In this document: one piece after another, positions 9,001 through 19,357 of the stretch | How positions within the stretch are numbered: position 1 is the stretch's first letter | How the letters are laid out: the number at the start of each line of letters is the position of its first letter | Source of the DNA: an uncultured Alphaproteobacteria bacterium | GTDB taxonomy: Bacteria > Pseudomonadota > Alphaproteobacteria > Rhizobiales > Rhizobiaceae | DNA length: 64,000 nt | Reading direction: 5' to 3' | Assembly: GCA_963711925.1 (NCBI GenBank) | Contig: CAVQFY010000007.1 | Span: 349,601 to 413,600 of the forward strand | The notes under the pieces: model-generated | Database searches by the model: none | The model's input: the letters and a program-made list of their open reading frames with translations, nothing else | What the model was told of the DNA's origin: nothing | Program-made: the position numbers and the translations under genes

Positions 9001-10011
9001 ATGACGATCGTCAGACTAAACACAAAACCGTCCTCGGCACCCCGCGAGGAAATCGTTATTGCGCGGCAAATGCATCAGGCCTTGGTGCTGCATTTCCTGG
9101 AGGGTCTCACGCAGGCCCAGATCGCCGACCAGCTCGGAGTTTCGCAACCGACTGTGAACCGCCTGATCAAGCGTGGCCGGCAGCTTGGTCTTGTGGAGAT
9201 CAAGATCAAATCCCCGGTCGAGCCCTTGATTGATCTGGAGGAGCGGTTGCTGGCGCTCGGCGGGATCAACCGGGCTGTTGTCGTGCCAACGGTTTCCGAC
9301 AATCCGCAGACCGCGCTTCAGGCCGTGGGCGAGGCTGCGGCGCGCCTGCTTCTCGATGAGATCGCCGATGGTGACACGATCTGCATCACCGGCGGCAAGG
9401 GTGTCAGTGCCGTGGTTGCGGGCCTTCGCGCTCCACGTTCTTTCAACGTCGAAGTTGTTCCAGCCACGGGATGCGTCCAGGGCAAGCACTACACCGATGT
9501 GAACCATGTTTCGACATCCATGGCGGACAAGCTCGGCGGTCGTGCCTATCAGATTCACGCGCCGCTCTTTGCTGACAGCGCTGCAGAACGTGCGATGCTG
9601 ATCAACATGCGCTCGGTAGCCGATGTATTCAAACGGGCACGGGAGGCGAAGGTGGCACTTGTCGGCATCGGGTCGATCCTGACCGACGATTCAAGCTATT
9701 ACGATCTGCATCCATCCTCCAGTACCGACAGGCAATCGATAGAGCAGTCAGGCGCAAGTTGCGAACTCCTGGCGCATCTGCTCGACGACCGGGGCCAGGT
9801 TTGCGGCTACAGCCTCAATGATTCCCTTGTGTCGTTGACGTTGCGGGAATTCGCCTCGATCCCAAGCAAGATCGGCGTCGCGAGCGGACCCAACAAGGCA
9901 CGGCCAATCCTCAGCATCATGCGTGGCAACCACCTGGATACGCTGGTCACAGATGAAGCGACTGGACAGCGGATTCTGGATATTGCGGCGGCCGAAGGAG
10001 CCTTGGCATGA
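9001..10011 (+). CDS. SorC/DeoR-type sugar-binding transcriptional regulator (LsrR/EryD-like)
   Basis: HTH LTQAQIADQLGVSQPTVNRLIKR plus sugar-binding domain (VALVGIGS, DTLVTDE). Confidence 0.9.
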   Translation: MTIVRLNTKPSSAPREEIVIARQMHQALVLHFLEGLTQAQIADQLGVSQPTVNRLIKRGRQLGLVEIKIKSPVEPLIDLEERLLALGGINRAVVVPTVSDNPQTALQAVGEAAARLLLDEIADGDTICITGGKGVSAVVAGLRAPRSFNVEVVPATGCVQGKHYTDVNHVSTSMADKLGGRAYQIHAPLFADSAAERAMLINMRSVADVFKRAREAKVALVGIGSILTDDSSYYDLHPSSSTDRQSIEQSGASCELLAHLLDDRGQVCGYSLNDSLVSLTLREFASIPSKIGVASGPNKARPILSIMRGNHLDTLVTDEATGQRILDIAAAEGALA

Positions 10012-11003
10012 GTGGTGATCAATTGGTGCGTTCGATAGGCAGGTCAGGCGTGCAAGCCTCTGCGGTCGGGCTTGGGACGTGGGCCATCGGTGGCTGGATG
10101 TGGGGCGGGACGGACGAAAAGCAGTCAATCGCGGCAATTCACGCATCCCTCGACGCGGGGGTCACTCTGATCGATACTGCACCCGCTTACGGGCTGGGAC
10201 GGTCTGAGGAGATCGTGGGTAAAGCCCTTCAAGGGCGGCGGGACAAAGCGGTCATTGCCACAAAATGCGGTCTCGTCTGGCACACGAAAAAAGGCAGGCA
10301 CTTCTTTGACCAGGACGAAAAGCCCGTCCACCGCTACCTTGGACGCGATGCTATTTTCCACGAGGTCGAAGCAAGCCTGACCCGGTTGGGCACGGATTAC
10401 ATCGATCTCTACATCACCCATTGGCAGGACCCTACGACCCCGATCGAGGAAACCGTTCGGGCGCTGGAGGATCTGCGCAGTTCAGGCAAGATCCGGGCAA
10501 TTGGAGCAAGCAATCTCAGCCCGGCCGAACTGGACGCCTACATCGCAACCGGCTCGCTTGATGCTATCCAGGAAAAGTTCAGCATGATCGACCGGGAGAT
10601 CGGGAAGGACCTCCTGCCTATGGCCCGGCAGAACGACGTTTCGACCTTGAGCTATTCGTCCCTGGCGCTGGGGCTGCTCTCGGGAACGATCGATCCGGAC
10701 CGCACATTTTCCGGCGATGACCAGCGCAAAGACAATCCGCGTTTCTCGGTCAACAACAGGCTGAAGGCCCGCGAGTTCGCTGAAGCAATTCAGCCGGTAG
10801 CCAGCAGGCATGATGCCAGCATTGCACAGACGGTCATCGCCTGGACGCTGGCGCAGGAAGGCGTGACGTTTGCGTTGTGCGGTGCGCGCAATCCGGAGCA
10901 GGCGCTGGAGAACGCAAAAGCCGGGACGATTCGGCTCGGCGGGGAAGACCTTTCGGCCATCGCCGCGGCCATCGCAGTGAAACTTGCAGATATGGACAGG
11001 TAA
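10008..11003 (+). CDS. Aldo/keto reductase
   Basis: GLGTWAIGG, DTAPAYG, IATKCG, DLYITHW; ATGA overlap with regulator. Confidence 0.92.
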   Translation: MSGDQLVRSIGRSGVQASAVGLGTWAIGGWMWGGTDEKQSIAAIHASLDAGVTLIDTAPAYGLGRSEEIVGKALQGRRDKAVIATKCGLVWHTKKGRHFFDQDEKPVHRYLGRDAIFHEVEASLTRLGTDYIDLYITHWQDPTTPIEETVRALEDLRSSGKIRAIGASNLSPAELDAYIATGSLDAIQEKFSMIDREIGKDLLPMARQNDVSTLSYSSLALGLLSGTIDPDRTFSGDDQRKDNPRFSVNNRLKAREFAEAIQPVASRHDASIAQTVIAWTLAQEGVTFALCGARNPEQALENAKAGTIRLGGEDLSAIAAAIAVKLADMDR

Positions 11004-11014
11004 CGGGCTCCATC

Positions 11015-12820
11015 ATGAATCGTGAAGAGATATTCGACGGGCTTCGCCGGAGTCCGAAGGTGGACGTGTGTGTCATGGGCGGCGGCATCAACGGTATCAG
11101 TGTATTCCGTGAGCTTGCCCTTCAGGGTCTCAACGTACTGCTCGTGGAGAAGAGCGATTATTGTTCCGGTGCCAGTTCAGCCTTGTCTCGGATGGTGCAT
11201 GGCGGCCTGCGTTATCTTGAAAACGGCGAGTTCAATCTGGTGAGTGAATCGCTTGTCGAGCGCGATCGACTATTAAGAAACGCGCCGCATCTTATCGGGC
11301 CCCTGCCGACGATGGTTCCTGTTTTCGATATCTTCTCCGGTCTTGCAAATGGCGTAGTTCGCTTCCTTGGCCTCGGCCGCAAACCCAGCCGCCGTGGCGC
11401 CATCGCCATCAAGGCAGGGCTGAGCATCTATGATTTTCTGACGCGCAAGCGTGCCCTGATGCCTCGGCATCGATTTCGCGGACGGCGGGGAACACTTGCC
11501 AAATGGCCCAAACTCAATCCGGCGATAAAGAGTTCGGCAACCTACTACGATGCATGGGTCAGGCAGCCGGAACGTATTGGAATCGAATTGCTGCAGGACG
11601 GGCTGTCAGCGGGACCGGGCGCACGTGCCCTCAACTATGCTGAGCTCCGAGGCAGCGGGACCGGGGGTTTTATTGTGCAGGACCTTGTTGGCGGCATGAC
11701 GACGGCTATCGAACCGGCACTCATCATCAATGCGACGGGCGGCTGGATCGATATCGCCAATGCCCGCCTGTTCTCGCCGGAAACTCGGCCGGCGCCGCTG
11801 ATGGGCGGAACCAAGGGCTCGCACCTGATTATCGACAATGCCGAACTCTCCAAGGCTCTCGATGGCCATATGATCTACTACGAGAATGAGGATGGCCGTG
11901 TCTGCATTCTGTTTCCCTATCTCGGCAAGGTTCTGGTTGGTTCCACCGATATTCGGATCGATGACCCGGCAACTGTTGTTTGCACCCCGGATGAACGGGA
12001 CTATATCCTGCAATCGCTCGCCTTCGTGTTGCCTGATATTCAAATCCGGCCGGAGGAAATCGTCTATCAGTTCTCCGGTGTCAGGCCGCTTCCCGCCAGC
12101 AAGGACAAGTTCACCGGGCATATCCCACGCGATCATTTTTGCACCTTCATCGAATCTGATGGCGTTCCGGCGGTGCTATGCATGATTGGCGGCAAATGGA
12201 CGACGTTTCGCTCGTTCGGAGAACTCGCTGCGGACATGGCATTAGGTCGCCTGCAGAGAACCCGCTATCTGACGACGGCGGACCGTCCCATTGGCGGCGG
12301 GCGCGCTTTCCCGGCGAATACCGGAGACTGGATAGCGCGCACGTCTTCCGCAACGGGCCTTGCGCCAGCGCGCGTAAGCGGGCTTTTCGAACGATATGGA
12401 ACAGCCGCCGCCCCAATTGCCGGCTTCATAGCCAGTGGAGCGGACGAACCCGCGCCGGTCGCCGGTTACTCCACCCGCGAGATGCTGTTCCTCATACGCC
12501 ATGAATGCGTCGAACATCTCGATGATCTCCTGCTGAGACGAACAACGCTCGCTATCAGCGGACAATTGTCGCTCGATATGACGAATGTGGCCCTCGAGCT
12601 CATCGCAGATGAAAAGCACTGGTCACCGGCATTCAAGGCTGCCGAACGGTCTCGGTTCCTCGATCTTCTCGCCGTCCGCCATGGCGTCGGCCTTGAAGCC
12701 CTTACAGCACGCAATGAACAAGGAGCACGATATGCGAAACAACCGCAAGGTCCGGATGAACCGACTGTTCGGCAACGGGCGCTGCCTCGACGTGGCGATC
12801 GATCACGGCGTGTGCAATGA
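11015..12820 (+). CDS. FAD-dependent glycerol-3-phosphate dehydrogenase-like (GlpD/EryB-like) polyol-phosphate dehydrogenase
   Basis: GGGING FAD motif, SRMVHGGLRYLE, GGKWTTFR; 3' end overlaps next gene by 89 bp. Confidence 0.85.
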   Translation: MNREEIFDGLRRSPKVDVCVMGGGINGISVFRELALQGLNVLLVEKSDYCSGASSALSRMVHGGLRYLENGEFNLVSESLVERDRLLRNAPHLIGPLPTMVPVFDIFSGLANGVVRFLGLGRKPSRRGAIAIKAGLSIYDFLTRKRALMPRHRFRGRRGTLAKWPKLNPAIKSSATYYDAWVRQPERIGIELLQDGLSAGPGARALNYAELRGSGTGGFIVQDLVGGMTTAIEPALIINATGGWIDIANARLFSPETRPAPLMGGTKGSHLIIDNAELSKALDGHMIYYENEDGRVCILFPYLGKVLVGSTDIRIDDPATVVCTPDERDYILQSLAFVLPDIQIRPEEIVYQFSGVRPLPASKDKFTGHIPRDHFCTFIESDGVPAVLCMIGGKWTTFRSFGELAADMALGRLQRTRYLTTADRPIGGGRAFPANTGDWIARTSSATGLAPARVSGLFERYGTAAAPIAGFIASGADEPAPVAGYSTREMLFLIRHECVEHLDDLLLRRTTLAISGQLSLDMTNVALELIADEKHWSPAFKAAERSRFLDLLAVRHGVGLEALTARNEQGARYAKQPQGPDEPTVRQRALPRRGDRSRRVQ

Positions 12821-13574
12821 ACCATCTTTCCTGGATGGTCTTGAGGATATGGAAGGTGTGGTCGGAACGCTGGTTGCCGCGGCTCCGGATGCGATCCAGA
12901 TGAACTATGGCCAGGCCGATCTTCTCCAGAACGTGGCAGGCAAGGCAAAGCCGGCTCTCGTCATGCGCATCGACATGGGTAACCCCTATAACCCCGTCCG
13001 CCACCGCAACATGTGGGCTGTTCTGCAAAATCAGGCCGAGCCACTGGTCGGTGCTATCGAACTCGACGCTGCCTGCGTGGTGGTGAACCTGTTTATGCTG
13101 CCGGATGAGCCTGACCTGTTCCGTCAGTGCATCGAGAACATCTCGCGTGTCCGTGCCGATTGCGAAAAATATGGCATGCCGTTGATGATTGAACCCCTCG
13201 TCATGCAGCCGGTTACCGAACGCGGAGGCTATATGGTAGATGGCGACGCGGACAAGATCGTCACGCTAACCCGGCTTGCCCGCGAGATGGGCGCCGATAT
13301 CGTCAAGGCGGATCCCACGACCAACGCCGAGGACTTTCACCAAGTTGTCGAGGCAGCGCGTTGCCCGGTACTGGTGCGGGGCGGCGGAAAGGAAGATTTG
13401 CGCGCCGTCTTCGATAAATCGGCAGCCTTGATGCGGCAGGGCGCGATGGGAATGGTTTACGGTCGCAACATATACCAGCACTCCAACCCGCGTGCCGTGG
13501 TGCGTGGACTCATGGCAATCATCCATGACGATACCAGTGGCGAGGACGCCTACGCGCGCTATCAGCAAGGCTGA
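12732..13574 (+). CDS. Class I (DhnA/LsrF-like) aldolase
   Basis: AIDHG, PLMIEP, GADIVKAD (Schiff-base Lys), VLVRGGG, YGRNIYQH; RBS AAGGAG. Confidence 0.88.
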   Translation: MRNNRKVRMNRLFGNGRCLDVAIDHGVCNEPSFLDGLEDMEGVVGTLVAAAPDAIQMNYGQADLLQNVAGKAKPALVMRIDMGNPYNPVRHRNMWAVLQNQAEPLVGAIELDAACVVVNLFMLPDEPDLFRQCIENISRVRADCEKYGMPLMIEPLVMQPVTERGGYMVDGDADKIVTLTRLAREMGADIVKADPTTNAEDFHQVVEAARCPVLVRGGGKEDLRAVFDKSAALMRQGAMGMVYGRNIYQHSNPRAVVRGLMAIIHDDTSGEDAYARYQQG

Positions 13575-13605
13575 GAATGAATAAGGACCTGAGGAGGGGT
13601 TCGGA

Positions 13606-15135
13606 ATGGGAAAATATCTTCTGGGGCTGGATGCCGGCAATACAATCATCAAGGCGGTGATCTTCGACCGGCAGGGCAACGAGATTGCCTCCGTTGCCGA
13701 GGAGGGACATAGCAGCATGCCGTGTCCAGGACATGTCGAGCGTGGGCTTGGTGAACTCTGGACAAATGCAAAGCTGGTAATTCGGACATGTATCGAGCAG
13801 GCGGGCATCGAGCCGAGGGAAATCGCAGCCATCGGGTGCGCGGGCCATGGCAACGGGCTCTATGCGCTTGACCGGCAGGGGGAGCCGCTGCTCGCCATCC
13901 AGTCGCTCGATACAAGGGCAGCCGGTCTTGTCGAGGAATGGCAGGCCGAAGGCGTCGGCGATCGTACATATCCCATCGGCCTGCAACGCCCCTGGCCCTC
14001 CCAGACACCAACATTGCTCGCCTGGATCAAACGCCATCGGCCGGAAACATTCGGTAGGATCGGTACGGTCTTCCTCTGCAAGGACTTTATCGTCAATCGG
14101 CTCACCGGCCAGCGCGTCAGCGAAGTTTCCGACATGGCGGGTTGCGGGCTGCTGAACGTCACTGAGCGCCGCTATGATCGTGACCTGATGGCCGCCTTCG
14201 GGCTCGGTGATTGTATGGATATGCTGCCACGACTGATCGAAAGTGCTGATATAGCCGGAAGAGTGACGGAAGCGGCGGCGGCGGAAACAGGTCTCGCCGT
14301 GGGTACACCGGTCATAGGCGGGTTCTTCGACGTCGTCGCTTCGGCTATCGGCTCGGGCGTCACACGCACGGGGGCGGCGTCGATCATTGCCGGGACCTGG
14401 AGCATCAATCAGGTGATCATCGATCAGCCCCGGCTCAACGGTCCTGTCTTCATGTCATCGACCTTTGATCGCGATCGTTACATGGCGATCGAGTCCAGCG
14501 CTACATCTGCCGCCAATCTCGAATGGTTCGTGCGCGAATTCTTTCCCGGCAAGCAGCAGGATGGACGCTCGCCGTTCGACGTGTGCTGCGAGCTTGCGTC
14601 GTCGGTGGAGCCAGCGGCCAACGATCCGATCTATCATCCGTTTCTCTATGGAGCGCAGCAGGACGGCAATGCGCGGGCCGCATTCTATGGAATTGCCGGC
14701 TGGCACACCAAGGGCCATTTGATCCGTGCTCTGCTGGAAGGCGTTGCCTTCGGTCATCGCCAGCATGTCGAAACCCTGCGGGCCGCAGGCGCCGGGTTCG
14801 ACGAAGCGGTGCTGTCAGGAGGTGGTTCGCGCAGCCTGCTCTGGCCGCAGATTTTCGCGGATGTGCTGGGAGTGCCCGTCACGGTCGCCCGCTCGAGCCA
14901 GACCGGCGCCCTTGGCGCGGCGATCGCCGCAGGAACCGCCGTCGGCATGTTTGCCGATTTCGAGGCTGGCGCCAAGGCTATGGTTTCAACTGACCGCCAC
15001 TACAGGCCGGACGCAGCGCGCTCGGCCCATTATGACTACCGCTACCGGCTCTACCTGGATATCGCCGATGCAATGGCGCCGATCTGGCGGCGCATGGCAG
15101 GAAGCGGAGCATCCGCAACGGAGGTGGCAGCGTGA
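13606..15135 (+). CDS. FGGY-family carbohydrate kinase (L-xylulokinase/EryA-like)
   Basis: [35 protein letters not shown]. Confidence 0.92.
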   Translation: MGKYLLGLDAGNTIIKAVIFDRQGNEIASVAEEGHSSMPCPGHVERGLGELWTNAKLVIRTCIEQAGIEPREIAAIGCAGHGNGLYALDRQGEPLLAIQSLDTRAAGLVEEWQAEGVGDRTYPIGLQRPWPSQTPTLLAWIKRHRPETFGRIGTVFLCKDFIVNRLTGQRVSEVSDMAGCGLLNVTERRYDRDLMAAFGLGDCMDMLPRLIESADIAGRVTEAAAAETGLAVGTPVIGGFFDVVASAIGSGVTRTGAASIIAGTWSINQVIIDQPRLNGPVFMSSTFDRDRYMAIESSATSAANLEWFVREFFPGKQQDGRSPFDVCCELASSVEPAANDPIYHPFLYGAQQDGNARAAFYGIAGWHTKGHLIRALLEGVAFGHRQHVETLRAAGAGFDEAVLSGGGSRSLLWPQIFADVLGVPVTVARSSQTGALGAAIAAGTAVGMFADFEAGAKAMVSTDRHYRPDAARSAHYDYRYRLYLDIADAMAPIWRRMAGSGASATEVAA

Positions 15136-16757
15136 ACCCGCATGCCCATGAAGCAGCACTCGACGAGGGCGTCTACGACTTCATTATCATAGGAGCGGGA
15201 TCGGCAGGCTGCGTCCTTGCCAACCGGCTGTCGGCGAACCCGAAAAATCGCGTTCTCCTGCTCGAGGCTGGAGGCAGCGATCGATATTACTGGATTCATG
15301 TGCCGATCGGCTATCTCTTCTGCATGGGTAACCCTCGCACCGACTGGATGATGAAGACGGCGGTGGAGCCGGGCCTCAACGGCCGCTCCTTGCCCTATCC
15401 CCGCGGCAAGGTCCTCGGCGGATGTTCTTCGATCAACGGAATGATCTACATGCGTGGGCAAGCCGCCGATTACGACAATTGGCGGCAAGCAGGCAATACC
15501 GGCTGGGGCTGGGATGATGTCCTGCCGTATTTTCTGAAATCCGAAGACAATTATCGCGGGCGCACTTCCATGCATGGTGCGGGCGGGGAGTGGCGCGTGG
15601 AGCGGCAGCGACTTTCGTGGCCCATCCTCGATGCTTTTCGGGATGCCGCGGAAGAACTAGGCATTCCCAAGACCGACGATTTTAATGCGGGTGACAATGA
15701 GGGCTCGGGCTATTTCGAGGTGAATCAACGCGGCGGGTTCCGCTGGAATACGACCAAGGCGTTTCTGCGCCCGGCTCTCAAGCGGCGCAATCTTCGCGTT
15801 GTCACCGGAGCCGAGGTTGAACGCCTAGAGTTCGATGGCAAGCGCGCGGTACGTGTCCGCTATGGCCTTCGGGGCAAAGCCCGCGTTGCCGCTGCCGCGG
15901 GAGAAATTATCCTTTCGGCAGGAGCAATCAACTCGCCCAAAATCCTCGAACTTTCGGGGATTGGCGACCCCGCAATCCTCTCTCGCGCAGAAATCGAGCC
16001 ACTTCACCAACTTCGCGGCGTCGGTAGCAACCTTCAGGACCACCTACAAATTCGCACCGTGTTCCGCGTCGAAGGTGCGAAGACGCTGAACCAGCTCTAC
16101 CACAATCTTATTTCGCGCGCCGGGATGGGATTGGAGTATCTTTTCCGCCAATCCGGACCACTTTCGATGGCACCGAGCCAGCTCGGCATTTTTGCGAAAA
16201 GCGATCCGGCATTGATGACACCCGATCTTGAATATCACGTCCAGCCGCTCAGCACCGATCGCCTTGGCGAGCCCTTGCACCACTACCCGGCCGTCACTGT
16301 TTCGGTCTGCAATCTCCGTCCGGAAAGCCGGGGGACCGTGCATATTTCCGGGCCGGAGGCGAGTGTTGCGCCGGACATCCGGCCGAATTACCTCTCGGCG
16401 GTCGGCGACAGACTGCTTGCCGCCAGGTCCATCCGTCACGCCCGCAATCTCATGGCGGCAAAGGCCGTCATGAAGTACCGGCCGGAAGAGATGCTTCCTG
16501 GCCGCAGATATCAGAGCGATGAGGAACTGATCCAGCGTGCAGGCGACATCGCAACAACGATCTTTCATCCGGTCGGAACCTGCAGAATGGGCAGCGACGA
16601 TCTAGCTGTGGTCGATAATAGCCTTAAGGTGCGCGGGCTGGAAAAACTACGTGTAGTGGATGCTTCAATAATGCCAGCCATAGTCTCTGGGAATACAAAC
16701 TCCCCCGTCATCATGATCGCGGAAAAAGCTGCCGATCTCATTCTTCAGGGTAACTGA
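15132..16757 (+). CDS. GMC-family FAD oxidoreductase (choline dehydrogenase-like)
   Basis: [44 protein letters not shown]; GTGA overlap with kinase. Confidence 0.9.
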   Translation: MNPHAHEAALDEGVYDFIIIGAGSAGCVLANRLSANPKNRVLLLEAGGSDRYYWIHVPIGYLFCMGNPRTDWMMKTAVEPGLNGRSLPYPRGKVLGGCSSINGMIYMRGQAADYDNWRQAGNTGWGWDDVLPYFLKSEDNYRGRTSMHGAGGEWRVERQRLSWPILDAFRDAAEELGIPKTDDFNAGDNEGSGYFEVNQRGGFRWNTTKAFLRPALKRRNLRVVTGAEVERLEFDGKRAVRVRYGLRGKARVAAAAGEIILSAGAINSPKILELSGIGDPAILSRAEIEPLHQLRGVGSNLQDHLQIRTVFRVEGAKTLNQLYHNLISRAGMGLEYLFRQSGPLSMAPSQLGIFAKSDPALMTPDLEYHVQPLSTDRLGEPLHHYPAVTVSVCNLRPESRGTVHISGPEASVAPDIRPNYLSAVGDRLLAARSIRHARNLMAAKAVMKYRPEEMLPGRRYQSDEELIQRAGDIATTIFHPVGTCRMGSDDLAVVDNSLKVRGLEKLRVVDASIMPAIVSGNTNSPVIMIAEKAADLILQGN

Positions 16758-17014
16758 CAACATTACCTAGTCGCAATAAAAGACTTCGGCTGGTGGACGG
16801 ACACGGTGGGTTCTCCAATATCAAGCGCGAGTGCGAGTTCGATCTTCCGCTCTCGAAATGGCCGATCCGCGCCGACAACGTGAAACTCAAGCGCGACAGC
16901 GGCCTCTTCTCGGCTGAAGATTTTTAGCACTTCATAATTTGTCGCCCAAGCGGTTCATTGCGCCGGGCCATTCACGCAACACGGCATCGGCCGTTTTTGC
17001 AACGACGCGAGTTC

Positions 17015-17320
17015 TTAAATCCCTGAACCGTCCAGCTGCTCGGCGTCTTCGCCTTCCCAGGGTGAGGGCATAGAAGTACGATTAAGATCGGCCGAAGGCA
17101 TCGGCATCCAGCACTTCAATTCTGGCTCGGCATATTCGACGACCCGACCCGGTGAGGAATCAGAGGCGCGCCAGCCTTCGGCACCGAATTGGTCACCATT
17201 CGACCAATAGGCGAGGTCGACTTCTGCCTGCCCCTGTTCGGACGAACGAATCGTTACGAGGATCCGACTGCCGTCTTTCGGCGCGCTCGCCATGTGGCGC
17301 CAGCGGTCTGGCTCATCCAT
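17015..17320 (-). CDS. Hypothetical protein (101 aa)
   Basis: ATG after GAGGAAAA; WRHMASAPKDGSRILV...WMPMP pattern resembles DUF551-like small proteins. Confidence 0.7.
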   Translation of the reverse strand: MDEPDRWRHMASAPKDGSRILVTIRSSEQGQAEVDLAYWSNGDQFGAEGWRASDSSPGRVVEYAEPELKCWMPMPSADLNRTSMPSPWEGEDAEQLDGSGI

Positions 17321-17504
17321 CGTTTTTCCTCTTGACTTGCTGCGGGTTGCAAGTGTCGCCTCGCCATTGAAAACGGTCAACTCAAACTTTTTCACAGGGC
17401 GATGCCAGATCCTGAGCGAGTTGGCATCAACACTTGCTTGTCCGACATCGTTAAAAGACAATGAGTTTGGCTTCCACTGCGTGTACTTGAGCTCAACCGT
17501 CTTC

Positions 17505-17984
17505 GTCGTCCTGCGTGGCATCCCGACCGTCATCGATGACGAACGTATCAAGGGCTTCCAGGATGCGATCCAAGGCACCGATCTGAAGGTGTTGGATATC
17601 CAGTATGCAAACTGGAACAGCGATGAAGCCTTCAAATTAATGCAAGACTATCTCGCAAAGTATCCACAGATTGATGCGGTGTGGGCCAATGACGACGACA
17701 TGCTTCTTGGCGTGCTAGAAGCCGTGAAGGAATCTGGACGCAAGGATATCAAACTGGCGCTCGGTGGTAATGGCATGAAGGACATCGTCAAGAAGGTCAT
17801 CGACGGCGATGCAATGACACCCGTAGAGACACCTTATCCACCTGCCATGATCAAGACGGCAATCTACATGACTGTCGCCAACATCGTCGGCCAAGCGCCT
17901 GTGCGCGGCACAGTAAAACTCGATGCGCCGCTGATCACCCAGGAGAACGCGAAGGAGTATTACTTTCCGGATTCACCGTTCTGA
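17505..17984 (+). pseudogene. 3' half of a ribose-type ABC substrate-binding protein gene
   Basis: VVLRGIP..DDERIKGF, QIDAVWANDDDMLLG, LGGNG; no N-terminal lobe, signal peptide or start upstream. Confidence 0.8.
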
Positions 17985-18038
17985 ACATTCACTAACGAGG
18001 CGGCGCACGCCGCCTCAACCTATCAAGAGGAGCAAATC

Positions 18039-18653
18039 ATGCCAGGCAAGAAGATACTGATGCTGACCGGTGAGTTCACCGAGGAATATGAAATTTTCGT
18101 CTACCAACAGGCGATGGAGGCCGTTGGACACACGGTGCATGTAATCTGCCCCGACAAGAAGGCCGGCGACCTGATCAAGACATCACTCCACGACTTCGAA
18201 GGAGATCAGACCTATACCGAAAAGCTCGGTCACTTCTTTACAATCAACAAGACTTTCTCGGAGGCCGAGGCACAGCTTGATCAATATCATGCCGTCTACG
18301 CTGCAGGCGGCCGCGGCCCTGAATATATCCGGACCGACAAGCGCGTGCAGGCGATCGTCCGGCACTTTCATGATCAGCAGAAACCAATCTTTACGATTTG
18401 CCACGGCGTGCAGATTCTTATTGCGGTGGATGGGGTCGTACGCGGCAAAAAAGTAGGCGCGCTGGGCGCTTGCGAGCCGGAGGTAACGCTTGCAGGCGGC
18501 ACTTACGTCGATCTGTCGCCGACAGAAGCCTATGTTGATGGCACGATGGTGTCCGCCAAGGGTTGGACTGCACTGGCAGCCTTTATCAGGGAATGCCTCA
18601 AAGTGCTGGGAACGGAAATCCACCACAGCGAAGACGTTGCGAAAGCTGCGTGA
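18039..18653 (+). CDS. DJ-1/PfpI family protein
   Basis: GEFTEEYE, AAGGRGPEY, TICHG catalytic Cys; RBS GAGGAG. Confidence 0.9.
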   Translation: MPGKKILMLTGEFTEEYEIFVYQQAMEAVGHTVHVICPDKKAGDLIKTSLHDFEGDQTYTEKLGHFFTINKTFSEAEAQLDQYHAVYAAGGRGPEYIRTDKRVQAIVRHFHDQQKPIFTICHGVQILIAVDGVVRGKKVGALGACEPEVTLAGGTYVDLSPTEAYVDGTMVSAKGWTALAAFIRECLKVLGTEIHHSEDVAKAA

Positions 18654-18680
18654 CAGCTTGCTGGAATTCACAAGGAACAG

Positions 18681-18711
18681 CGGATGGCCGTCCAAAATGG
18701 GAGGCCATCCG
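18681..18711 (+). terminator. Hairpin downstream of DJ-1/PfpI gene
   Basis: cggatggcc...ggccatccg stem followed by T-rich stretch. Confidence 0.45.
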
Positions 18712-19153
18712 GCCCTTTGTTTGACACTGTTTTGAACAGTTGGGGTTTTTCCAATAGTATTCGACAAGGCTTATTGCCTCACTCGGGTGGCAACGTTTTA
18801 GGCACTGATACGCGTTGAGGCCAGCCGCACGAGAGTGCTGCTAAGTACCATGGGAACCCACCTATTTTGGTATTCCCGACAGAACACATCGTCCCGAAGA
18901 CGTTATGACCGCGGCAAGGCGGCTCGGAGTGGCCAGCTTCGGCGATCCAGGAACTCTTGGCGACTTTCAGCGGCCGAAACCTGCTCTCATGCCAGAGCGG
19001 ACGGCGCGCCTTTGCGTTGAATCTCAGATTCACGGATTCATGACTCCCGCCCTTCGGACAGTCAAATGTTACCTGAGAGGTTACCTCGAAGGCAAAATGC
19101 TCCAGCGGTGATTTTCCGCTGATTCAAATCGCTTAATGATTTCAGTGAGTTTA

Positions 19154-19230
19154 TGGCGCGCCCGAAAGGATTCGAACCTCTGACCCCCAGATTCGTAGTC
19201 TGGTGCTCTATCCAGCTGAGCTACGGGCGC
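19154..19230 (-). tRNA. tRNA-Arg (anticodon ACG), CCA encoded
   Basis: Minus strand gcgcccgtagctcagctggatagagc...ctACGaa...ggttcgaatcc...cgcgcca, 77 nt cloverleaf. Confidence 0.98.
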
Positions 19231-19357
19231 GTGCCACAAATGCGCGTTAGTCTGCGCAGCGCGGTTGGTAATCGGTTGAGCTATGAATTGCAAGCAGCTT
19301 CGCTCAAAAAACCTCAACTATTTTCAGATGGATTGCAGGCTGCGGTTTCTTTGGAGG

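Noticed and set aside
18760-19140. Short ORFs next to the tRNA as integrase remnants
   Set aside because: No recombinase motifs in any of the listed frames.
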